From positions 65,286,001 through 65,350,000 of the forward strand of contig JAGIQG010000009.1 in NCBI GenBank assembly GCA_024679065.1: a stretch of DNA of 64,000 nt. The letters are read 5' to 3'. Each line of letters starts with the position of its first letter. Position 1 is the first letter of the stretch. This DNA comes from Sphyrna mokarran (lineage: Eukaryota). The notes under the pieces were generated by a model. The model worked only from the letters and a program-made list of their open reading frames with translations, was not told the DNA's origin and did no database searches. The position numbers were made by a program, and so were the translations under genes. Positions 53,478-64,000 of the stretch are shown in pieces.

Positions 53478-55404
53478 ACTCATGCACAGACTTTAAGCAG
53501 CATTAGTCTAAGCTACCTTTGTGGTGGGTAAATTCATCTTCAATAGGGATTCCACATTCAGCGTAAAATATCCAAAATAAGCATGGTTCTTGGAAGTATC
53601 TTTAGTATTGTAACAAAAATATCAGGGTTATAGCTCACCAAACATTTGTTTATCCAGTCCTAGAGAATGCAAGTTGTAAATGGCATCCTTATATGGCAAA
53701 AGATATAAACAAGATTCAAGCAATCCAAAGATGTCATGAATCAATATGGAAAATACATCCTTGATTAGAGATTTGGAATGAAAATTACTACAGCAAAGAA
53801 GGAGAAAAATAGATTATTCTGTAAAATATGGAATGGACTGGTGGTAATTGACAGAAACAAATATCTTGTGCCCTCCTGCAATGACAAAACACAAGGTAAC
53901 TGTCTACACAAACAACAGACTATTTGTTTCCAAGATGATGCATCAACAATCTTTCTTCCCAAGGAAAATCCCGTAGTGCAACAAGCTGCCAAAGGAAATT
54001 ATCACAGTCCCAGTATCGGAAATCTTCAAAACCCAGTTTTGGATTATTACCGTTTATGAGTTTTCATTAACAGCACAACTATTTCAACAGCCCTGATTTA
54101 GCTAGCACTAAATACACAGATGTTGGCAGAAGATAATTAGTCTGTAATGCTGAGAGAATAAAGCATGGCAGTGCTCTTCTCCAGCTAAGACACTAAACTG
54201 AAGCTGTCTTCACAAGTGATTCAAATGGGTACTAAAGATTAATGGCACAATGGAAAGGCCAAAGTTGCTTTACTGCCTGAACCATAGGAGTAATAAGAAC
54301 TCAGTAAGAATTTAGCTACCCCAGTCCAACGCCGGCATTTTTACACCATAGGAGTAAGCCAGACAACTCCGCAAGCTTATGTAAAAGCAAAATACCATGG
54401 ATGCTGGAAATCTGAAATAAAAACAGAGGATACTAGAGAAACTCAGCAGGAGTGACAGTGTCTTTGCAGAGAGAAGCAAAGTTAAAAATTTTCCAGCCCC
54501 CCGTGATGTATTTTCAGGTTGGGCTGGTATGTGAAATAGAATGGGGGACTATCTCATCATCTTCCTGCCCAGTGCCAAGCTGTCCTGCCTATTACAATGT
54601 GCAGGTAAGATGTCAGCCAGCCCACATACCTTTACGCCTATTGAGGAGCTTAACTAACCACTTGATGACCTCCGCTGCAATCACATATGAAGGAAATCAG
54701 CCTGTTATTTTTCCAATTTTGGGAGGGAAATGGCAAGAAGGGAGAGGAGGAACTTCCTTTAAAAGTCCCCTGTGCCCCTTGGAGTACCTCCCATCTTTAG
54801 AATCCTATCCTCTTTTTGTGACTCTCCACTACCTCTGGCCTCCAAAACTCAAACGCACCTTTCTCAGGTCTCCAATCCGTCCCTGACCAAAATCTCTGGG
54901 TGCACCATTGGGATTGCTTATAACTCCAGCAATAGCTGTTGAGTTCTGGTGCTACTTAGCCACACTGCTGCCAGTTAATCATATTGGCCAGCAGCTCCTG
55001 AGACCAGAACTTAATTTTTCTTAGGAACAAAAGTCCAACACTTATCAAGTTAAGGCCATCCCCAACATATTACCATAGTGCATCCTTTTATAAAATTAGT
55101 GAGCTCAAATCCAACATTTCTCCTGGGGTTTGAGAAGGTAGAGGTTGGTGAAGAGTGAGGAATGCCTTCCGTTATAAAATTTACCACAATACTTGAAGCA
55201 AATATGACTTTGCTTCATATCCGACTCAAGACATCGGCTATTTTGCTCTCCACAAATGCTGCCAGACCTGCTATTTCCTCCACTGTTTCTATTTGTTTAC
55301 AGATAATACACTTAACAAATATTTTTATTTTATCAAGAACTTGTGGTTTTATTGCTCTATTTCAATTTAAATATACATCATACAATGATATATATATTTA
55401 TGAG

Positions 55405-55530
55405 ATGAGAGGTCACACCACACCAGGTTATAGTCCAACAGGTTTATTTGAAATCACAAGCTTTTGGAGTGCTGCTCCTTCGCCAGGTGACTCTTGTCCA
55501 CCCCAGATCAACACCGGCATCTCCACATCT
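55405..55530. mobile_element. Short Penelope-like terminal-repeat remnant of a second family
   Basis: caccaggttatagtccaacaggtttatttg...caacaccggcatctccacatc; family assignment from recalled shark repeats. Confidence 0.55.
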
Positions 55531-55779
55531 TGGTATATATTTACACTTTATCTTTACACTTGCCTTAATAATTGTGATCAGTGCCAGTTCTCCCTTTGGA
55601 TCACTGGCAACTCCATACCCGGAAAATAATGAGTATGATAAATAGTGAACATACACACGTCTGTAAATGTTGATCTCTGTACAAAAAAATACAAAGGATG
55701 CTGTTGATTTTTGCATGTTGTGGTTGGGGTGACTTATTTTTAATGACCATTGCAAGCCTTGCCTCCCCAGAGAGTGTTG

Positions 55780-56130
55780 CTGACTGCCGGACTCTCCCCA
55801 TGTGGTTGAGAGTGAAGCTGACACGCTCATTGTGACGCCGCCGTGTAGCGGAATCCAGCAGCATGTGCATTCCATGGACAATGTCCCTGCAGTCGCTACC
55901 TGGGAAGGTGGCATGTTTACAGCGGTAAGAACAAGTTTCAGACTTCATCCCCACATTTGTTCTCGCTTATGTAGCTTGTGCCGCTTTCGCTTCTGCCGCT
56001 GAGTGCCCTCTGATCGTGTACGGCCAACTCTGGCAGCGGACGACGACCTCTCTTTCCTCACGACTGCGTCTGACAGTGGCGAACATTGTCGAAGCACGTT
56101 TGGCTCCGTTGAAGCTGCGTGAAATCGCTG
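55780..56130. promoter_or_regulatory. CpG-rich patch, likely the GLRX2 promoter/first-exon region
   Basis: Local CpG enrichment immediately upstream of GLRX2 exon 2. Confidence 0.6.
55863..55924 (+). CDS. GLRX2: GLRX2 putative exon 1 (MCIPWTMSLQSLPGKVACLQR; candidate mitochondrial targeting leader)
   Basis: First ATG after an in-frame TGA (55833), with A at -3; CG|gtaaga phase-2 donor joins in frame to exon 2; no acidic residues; lies in a CpG-rich patch. No homology support. Confidence 0.6.
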
Positions 56131-56533
56131 AAATTTAACCAGCACCTTTAACTCTTGAACTCTGACAAAGGGTCATCCTGATTTGAAACTTGTTAGCTCT
56201 ATTCTCTCTGCCGCTGAGACTTTACAGCATTTTCTGTATTTTTTTTAATTTCAGCATATTTAACGTTGTTTAAACATCGGAAATAAAAATAGGAAATGCT
56301 GGAATAACTCAGCCAGCCAGCCAGAAGACTTATCGTTGCTGGGAAGTGGAGGAGGTTTCTGTGTTTTGTGCACGAGATCCTGCTTATTTTCCAAAAGTTA
56401 TCCCTAACCATAAGGGTAACCACACATTGCCTTTACTGGCGACGGTATTTATAAAAAATTCAGAGGTATTCAGTGCGTTATGCTTTAATCTATTCCTCTT
56501 TCACATACCAGAGTACGCTTTTTCTTTTGCAAG

Positions 56534-56597
56534 GATGGGTCAGTTTTTTACCAGATTACCAGAAGAACATCGTGACGCTGCTATGCATTTTATTCGG
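56534..56597 (+). CDS. GLRX2: GLRX2 exon 2 (MGQFFTRLPEEHRDAAMHFIR)
   Basis: ttttcttttgcaag acceptor and CGG|gtgagt donor; 64 nt starting G-ATG, the same size and phase as recalled for vertebrate GLRX2 exon 2. Confidence 0.85.
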
Positions 56598-58163
56598 GTG
56601 AGTTTCCTTCACTATTATCCGAATGCTGTTATTCATTTACTCATCTGGAGTAACCACTCGAGAGGCCGTCACAAAAATATGTTTGACGTTTGTTTCTTCT
56701 CTTTGATTCACTGCAGCAGTTGTGTTGTCCATCAGGTAATGGACAGCAGCTGAGGTTCTCCAGACTCTGTGAGAAGAGAAGCTGGTGGGCCCTATCAAAA
56801 GTCATTTGGCCTCATTACCACAATTTTCAAACCGCAGCTCAACTGGCTGTATGAACAGGTCTTCACGGCAGGTCCTTCCTGTGTACATGGAGTCTCACCA
56901 CCCTTGGCGTACTGGCCCCAAGGTGACTTCAATGGAGAATCGACCATCACCCACCTCCTTTAGAGACGTGCCTTTGTTAAAAAGGATTGGAAAAAGGTAC
57001 AATGGTTTTTGTGGGGGTTCATCTCAAGAAGCTGCATAAAGCAGTACTCTGCTTTACAGACTGTTCCCAATGAGACAAACATTGCTGCTGCTGGAGGACC
57101 ATCAGCCATTGTGAATAACATTGCTTTAACACATTGTTTTAACACATTTTAGAAAAGGTTTCTCAAACACCTTCCACAATTGAATGCTGTCAGAACATCA
57201 GAACCCTTTCAAAGATTATCATTCCATTTTCCCTCAGAACTGTAAAGCTCAGTATAACTCAGATTTTGAAGTCAAATTAAATCATTACCATGAAGAGGCA
57301 TTGCAAATCATCAAGTTGTATTGATGCAGTGACTGTTTGCAAATGAGCTTATCTAAAACAAAAGGATGCCAAGCCTGAAAGAGAGCATATGAGAATGTAT
57401 GACCTATATCTTGATTGAATAAATGGATTTTAATGAATCTTTCTAAGGAGGTATGGTTTGCTGTCTGTGAGAATACATCTGTGTAACTGACTGCTTATCC
57501 TTCATGCTGCCATTACTGCTGCTAGATGCCTGAAGATTACTTAACTTTATGCCACATACAAGCACGCATTTGCTTATTCTCATAACCTTAGTATTATGGG
57601 ATGTTTTCTTTCCATTAAACCATTAATATCCCTCTCTTATGATGATTTCAAAAGATGTGTCTATAACGCAGCTTAACAGCTGGAATATCAATCTATCAAT
57701 CTTTCCATATCAGTGGCAGGCATTAAGAGAGATCCTTGTCAATTGTGTTTGATTCAGAGTTGTGCCCATCAAGCTATAGCCTCTAGGTGCCAGCTAGCAA
57801 TCTGTTTTCGGAAATTTTAGCTATGGAAACAGACATATGTATGTGCTCTGGCTGCCTCACATGCTGGTAGGCACCAGAAGGCTTGAGCTGAAAATATTCC
57901 AATGCAGTGTATCTTACCAATGGAAAAGCTGCCATGTTTCCTCCAAAACCACAGAACTTACACTTAAATAATCAATTGAATGTGAAGCATTTTTGGGCTT
58001 CCTAACAATGCAGAATTGCTACATGAATTCATGTTTTTAAAAGTAATTGTAACAGTGGTCTTGTAAAATGTGACCAGGATTATAAAGAAACAAATCATGA
58101 AACAGGTGATGAACACAATGAAGTAGTTAATTAATTTCTTGCTTGTGAATTATATTTTTTCAG

Positions 58164-58340
58164 AACCAAGTGGTACAAAATTGTGTAGTTATATTTTCCA
58201 AGACCTACTGCCCTTATTGTAAGAAGGCAAAGAGCATCTTTGAAGAGATAGGAGCCAATTTTAAGGCGATTGAACTGGATCAGCGTAAGGATGGTGTTTA
58301 CATTCAAAATACTCTTGAGGAATTGACTGGCGTTAGGACA
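58164..58340 (+). CDS. GLRX2: GLRX2 exon 3 (NQVVQNCVVIFSKTYCPYCKKAK...LEELTGVRT)
   Basis: Glutaredoxin NCVVIFSKTxCxYC motif; 177 nt; tttcag acceptor and gtaagt donor. Confidence 0.97.
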
Positions 58341-60838
58341 GTAAGTCATCAATATTTGTCCTATATGCATCTTGTTAAGTGAAATTAAGTCACGTAATTA
58401 TAAAGTTGTAAAAAATATATATAGAAAAAGATACTAGAAGCAAAGTAAACAGCTCTACTTGGGAAAATACAATTTGATGTAGTTATTTTCCTGCAACTTT
58501 GTTGTATTCTATCAAAATATCTACAATAAAGCTAAATAGAAAAAATGTTAATTTCACTCAGCCTGCTTAGGATGTGTTCTCTACATATGGCATTAATTTG
58601 CCTAGGACACTCTGCCTGTTCTTGTTTACTGTTGAGACCTATTTGGACATGAATGCATGTAGATAATGCATGTGGGCAAGTCTAACTCAGTATTGCAGTA
58701 TCATGCAAGCTAATAGATTACCTGTATGCCTCACATATTAAGCCATTCTTAGCCACTTAAGAAATCAGAGAACAGCTGGAACGGTAGCCAAGAAGGGATT
58801 CAATGATACTGAAAAGCAGAGGAAGAAAGAATGATGGCAAGAAAAATAATAACTAGAAGTAATGAATTATTGAAGGACAATACTTTAATGCAAGGCATTC
58901 AGATGATAAGTGACAGTATATTGGAAAAGTCTAAAACTTAGGTTTGTATAATATTATAGAATGATTCTCCTTTTTATCAGTGTTCAAATTTCATAAATTA
59001 TAATATTCTGTAAATATGCTCCTTTTCTGCTGGTAAAATATTAATGGTAACAGGGACAACTAAATTGAACTTGTAAAAACTACAGCTGGCGATCTCACCA
59101 AAAAAAATTCTAAGTCCCGAACAATTGTGAAAACAGGAGAAATTTGCACCTTTTTTTAGATGACTTAGAAAATCAAATCTTGACTTCCACAAGCAAGGAG
59201 AGTGACTGGGGCCTACAGTGCACGAAAGTCACAGAGAACGGCAGAGAGAGTACAGAAACCTGCTAGCTGTCTCTCTCTGCTCTAGCTGGCCAAATCCTCC
59301 TACCCAACCATGGCTCACTATCATCCCTTCCATCCCCTGCCCCCGTCCTGACCAATTGCTGTTGTATAGTGCACAGAATTGCCTGCATCGATGCTGTTGC
59401 AGAGGATGCAGCGATCCTCCTACCAAAACAGCCTGCCCCCCCCCCCCCCCCCCCCACCCCGGTCTGGCACCGCCGCTCAGGTCCCACCTTCTTGGTTCTG
59501 CCCTATGGGCAGTGCCAAGATGCCAGGCTGACACTGCCCAAAGAGCATTCCCACTGACACCAACCTCCTGGGGCAGCCTCATTACCCTATGGTTCTACCA
59601 GCGAGGCCATCATGTTTGGTCCCGTTGATGGGGGCCATACATGATCCTGCCCAGAGAGAAACTTCACCACAGAGATCACAAATTTCCACGGTTCCATCCT
59701 GGGCTCAATAGTAATATTTAAATCACATTTAAATTGGATTTAAATGTGAAGATCAGCCTCATATCCAACTGGTCTTGCCAGATATTTGGTACTGGTAAGA
59801 TTGCAAGAGGTGAGAAATCGGTGCATGCCCAATTTCTCAGCTCTCTTATGATCTTACTACTTGCCCCACCCATCAGCCAGCAGGGAAAATGGTAAGATTG
59901 CCCTCTATGTGTTTATTTACTGTCACAGCTTTATGTAAGTTTAGTTCTGAAAACAAATAATTTCAAAGTTTACATGTTTGATTCTAAAGTTATACCATCA
60001 TCAACCTTAAAACAATTAAACTGAATGATATTTAGATAAAACTCATGGCTACTTAATCTTACCAAACTTTGTCTTTATTTTAGGCCTAAAGGAGTAGGGG
60101 GGGGAAACTCAATGGATAACGGTTTCAATGAATTGGCACAGACAAATTGAATATTTCTGATTTTTGTGATTTCATCTTGCTTTTTGCAAATCATGTAACA
60201 CTGCAACTTATATAATATAAATATATTATATAAATATAAATATAAATATAAATCAGATATTAACTAATGCAAGCATCAGACCTGCAATGTGACTGGCCCT
60301 GTTTCGACTTTAATAAAATTGAATAGTTAATGAAATCACAGGCACTGGAACAATATTGTGTCAAAGCCACAAACCCTCCGGCAGGGAAATGCAAGTGGCA
60401 GATTTACTTTTTTAAGTTGTGGAGAGAAAAATCAGTTGACATACAGTGGAAAATGTCTCTTCTGTAGCAAACATTTGCAGCAACATGTGTGGCCAATGAC
60501 ACAATGGTCATTGAATTGATCATTTCACATAGACTTGCATTCAAAGCTGGTGAAATATTATTAGAAGATGCTGTACTGTGTAACCAAATCCATTTAAATC
60601 CAGCTTACATCCACAAAGTAATTATGATTGAGGAAGTCTACTCATCTTTAATTAGTTAATCCATTCAGCAGTAGCCTGCAGTCTTCCTTTTGTGCCATCT
60701 ATCAGTTTCCTAAATGTATCCAGATTTTTTGTCTACAATATTCTTATCCTTATCATTTGATAAGGAAACCTATTCAGGAGGAATAAAAAGGGGAGTCAAA
60801 TCAATGTTTAACATATATTATTCCCTTCTTTTTGCCAG

Positions 60839-60988
60839 GTTCCAAGAGTATTTGTGAATGGAAAATGCATTGGTGGTGCTACAGATACACACAATCTCCA
60901 TTCAAGTGGTGAACTATTGCCTTTGGTATTAAGATGTACTCCACCTTGCAAGTGGGATGAGAGTTACTACCTTAAACGTTCTCATTAA
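60839..60988 (+). CDS. GLRX2: GLRX2 terminal exon 4 (VPRVFVNGKCIGGATDTHNLHSSGELLPLVLRCTPPCKWDESYYLKRSH*)
   Basis: TVP and GG-x-x-D glutathione-binding motifs; tttgccag acceptor; TAA at 60986-60988; synteny with CDC73. Confidence 0.97.
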   Translation, partial: VPRVFVNGKCIGGATDTHNLHSSGELLPLVLRCTPPCKWDESYYLKRSH

Positions 60989-61029
60989 TATTGAATTCCT
61001 GCATTTTTCTAATTGCTTGTTACTTTTGA

Positions 61030-61035
61030 AATAAA
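61030..61035 (+). terminator. Candidate GLRX2 polyadenylation signal AATAAA
   Basis: About 40 nt after the stop codon and followed by a GT-rich tract (gtgttgtgt). Confidence 0.55.
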
Positions 61036-61124
61036 TCATGAAGTTTCAGTGTTGTGTCAGATTATAGTATACATGTGAGCCCAGATCTTCCAGTCTCTGG
61101 ATGAGCATATCCCAGAGGTACCCT

Positions 61125-61769
61125 GGCAGGTGGATGAAGTAGAATAGGTCGAGAGCTTCAAGTTTTGGTCCAGATCACTAACAAACTGTCCTGGTCCCCC
61201 CCATACTATAGTTAAGAAAGCCCACCAATGCCTCTATTTTCTTAGAAGACTAGGGAAATTTGGCATGTCAGCTATGACTCTCACGAACTTTTGCAGATGC
61301 ACCATAGAAAGCATTCTTTCTGGTTGTTTCACAGCTTGGTATGGCTCCTGCTCTGCATAAGACCGCAAGGAACTACAATCCATCACGCAAACCAGCGTCC
61401 CATTCATTGATTCTATCTACACTTCCCATTGCCTCAGCAAATCCGCCAGCATAGTTAAGGACTCCACACACCCCAGACATTCTTTCTTCCACCTTCTTCT
61501 TTCAGGAAAAAGATATAAAAGTCTGAGGACATGTATCAACCAATTCAAGGAAAGCTTCTTCCTTGCTGCTGTCAGACTTTTGAATGGACTTATCTTGCAT
61601 TAAGTTGATCTTTCTCTACATCCTAGCTACATTAGCATCACCACGTTCTGCAGTCTCTTCTTTCCTTCTCTATGAACAGCATGTTTTGTCGGTGTAGTGT
61701 GAAAGAAACAATACTTTTCACAGTATGTTAATACATGTGGCAATAATAAATCAAATCAAGTCAAATCAA
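61125..61769 (+). mobile_element. Rex1/Babar-type LINE 3' fragment downstream of GLRX2
   Basis: VKKAHQCLYFLRRL peptide; homologous to 44504-45698; (AATCA)n tail. Confidence 0.88.
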
Positions 61770-64000
61770 AAGATGTGTTGGCGAGCCCTTCGGATGTACC
61801 CTGGCAAGGATGTTTAAGAATTGCCTAGGAATTTTCAAATTCCGATGGGAAATTACTATAAACTGGAATATTTCAAAATTCTGATTTAAAGTTGGACATT
61901 TTGTATGGACCTGATCTACTTAGCAGGAAAAGTTAGAAGGATTAAAATCATTTGTAACGCCTGGCATGAGATTATGAACCCCTGACCTCACACTGGACCC
62001 ATCTGATTATTCCCATCCTTGCCCAATTATCCAACTATCACAAAGCCCTGACACCCCAATGACTCGATTACCCCAGCTCGCATCACTGATTACTTCTCAA
62101 TACCCTGACCACCTGACCTATCCAATCCTCTCATTCATTCACCTTACATATTTACCTTCTCACCTATCTTGGAAGAATGGCTGGGACATTTAAACTTAAT
62201 GTAATACTAAGATGAGTGGTTTTGTTTGCCCTGATAATCATGCATTGCACCAAAGAACTCCAGCAGCAGTTACTCCCCTCACTTCTCAAGAGGCCTGGTT
62301 AAGGCAGGAATATGGAGCTCTAGTCCAAGGTAAAAAAAACAGTTGTGATTCCATGGAAAAGTCAGTCCACAGGATCATGCAAAGCATTTCTCCTCATCCC
62401 AAAGCTTTTAACATTTATATTTCTCCCAAGCTATTCATTAGCTAATAATCTCGGCATATGGTGCCGATTCCTACCTCCAGGCAATGTATTTAAAATATTT
62501 ATTGCATATTATTCATCGTCATTTAACTTGGGTTGTATTGTGTTTTGGATTTTTGTTTTAAATTTATTTACTTTTGTACCCCATATTCACCAGTAGAGGA
62601 TTGCTTTGCATGTATATTCGATGGATAAGATGGACGTGATGAGTAAATTGTAGCTGCATACCTTTGCCATGTCTAACATGATTGTCACCACGTTATGTGT
62701 TTTCCAATGCACCTCTAAGCATTTGTATTATGCAGAATTTCACCTTCAACTTAATTCCTTAAATGTTTTTTTTTATGCACTGATCCGCCTTTGCCATATC
62801 CTGTGCCATCTGCACCATTCTAAAAACAGCAGTTGGACGGGCAGCCTGTTTTCAGACTTTAGTACTTGTTTTCAACATGTTATTGGGACTGTACCAATGA
62901 ACAACTAAAGTTGACTTTTGTCTAGGCTTCGAGGAAACCACCTTGTTAACCAAAGCAAGAATATACCTCATCATGCTGTACAATGGTTCAAAGTACTTCT
63001 CCTAGTCCATTCACCTTAATTTCAATATACAAATTCTCAGTGTAAAATTTACACTCAGGTGCAATTCAGCCTTTTGCACAAGATAACTTATAAATGGACC
63101 TGTAAAAGATTTGTACTTATAAGCCTGATTTTCACAATATTTGATATTCCCATGGTCCCAAAACTCATTAGCTGAATGATAGAAAATGTTGTACAGTAGC
63201 ATAACAGGAAAAGTTTTGCAGTTAACAAATGAGAAGGTTAGAATGCCTTGTTTCCCACACCCACTTCAGTTCATCATTACATATATGCATGAGACAGAGA
63301 TATATAGTTAACCTTTCACAGTAATAGATTACAATGGTGTCAAGTTAATACAGTACTAGATTGTACCATTATATTATGTGTGACCGAATTTCACACTTTT
63401 GTGCTCACTAAATAAACAAAACCAGCACATCTTGTGCATGTAGAGCTAATTCACCGTCTGAGAATGTCAGATAAGCTCAAGAATGTTAAAGAGCAAAGTG
63501 TCTCCAAACACCAATGTCAGTTTATTCTACTAGCATTAATATGAAAAACATGCCAATCAATTGAATCAAACACGACACCAACTGAAGAAGAAAATATGAA
63601 GAGAGAACAACCAAATGTTGGTCATGGAATTGAATTTTAAAAATTGTCTTCAAGGATTAAAGGAATTAGGAAAGGAATTTCTGAACCCAAGCCTAAGTGG
63701 CTGAAAGTCAGGTGATGCCAATAGCTAATGATAAGGGGGTAAAGGAGAGCAATGGACAGATGACTAAAGTCAACAGAATGAAGAGTTCAGGGAAGAACAT
63801 TATACAACTGAAGGAGGTTATAGAGATGGGGATGTGAGAGGAGAATGAAAAGTTTTATACATGAGATGAGAACATTAAGTTGAGGGGTTGGTGAAACAAC
63901 ATAATGTAGATAATTGAGGATGAGAATGTTGGATGAGCAAGACATTGCAGTAGGTATGTAAGGGGTACTGGAGCTAAACATTTAGGGGCTGAAGATTACA

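Noticed and set aside
55913-56002. Arg-rich ORF MFTAVRTSFRLHPHICSRLCSLCRFRFCR as the GLRX2 mitochondrial leader
   Set aside because: It looks presequence-like, but the required phase-2 junction reads CG|ctgagt (no GT). The overlapping frame from ATG 55863 has a canonical in-frame donor. Worth revisiting only if reads show G at 55999.
59087-59903. GC-rich ORF cluster in GLRX2 intron 3 as a nested gene
   Set aside because: The ORFs are low-complexity (poly-C) with no recognisable domain. Weak inverted termini suggest a non-autonomous repeat, but support was too weak to list it.

Overview
Eukaryotic (vertebrate) genomic DNA. The repeat content (HE1/V-SINE-like SINEs, CR1, Rex1/Babar-type, RTE and Penelope-like elements, Deu-domain SINE remnants) suggests a cartilaginous fish, probably a shark; this is inference. 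Two protein-coding genes lie head to head, as at the mammalian locus. CDC73 (parafibromin) is on the - strand: coding exons 1-7 run from 48831 down to 4929, and exon 8 onward was not found and presumably lies left of the window. GLRX2 (glutaredoxin 2) is on the + strand with 4 exons, 55863-60988, about 150 aa, and a CPYC active site. The rest is intronic or intergenic and full of nested, mostly decayed transposons; nearly all other ORFs in the track are TE fragments or noise. Most notable observations: (i) a CR1 LINE lineage that appears to carry a whole degenerate tRNA/V-SINE as its 3' end, preceded by a conserved splice-acceptor-like motif (4 copies); (ii) two local inverted duplications in CDC73 intron 7, one 169/170 identical; (iii) a U2 snRNA-headed fragment; (iv) Penelope-like elements with decayed hammerhead-ribozyme cores between the two promoters; (v) a candidate poison cassette exon in CDC73 intron 2. 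Exon boundaries were read at base level. TE boundaries are approximate, and TE family names rest on recalled motifs, not database searches.
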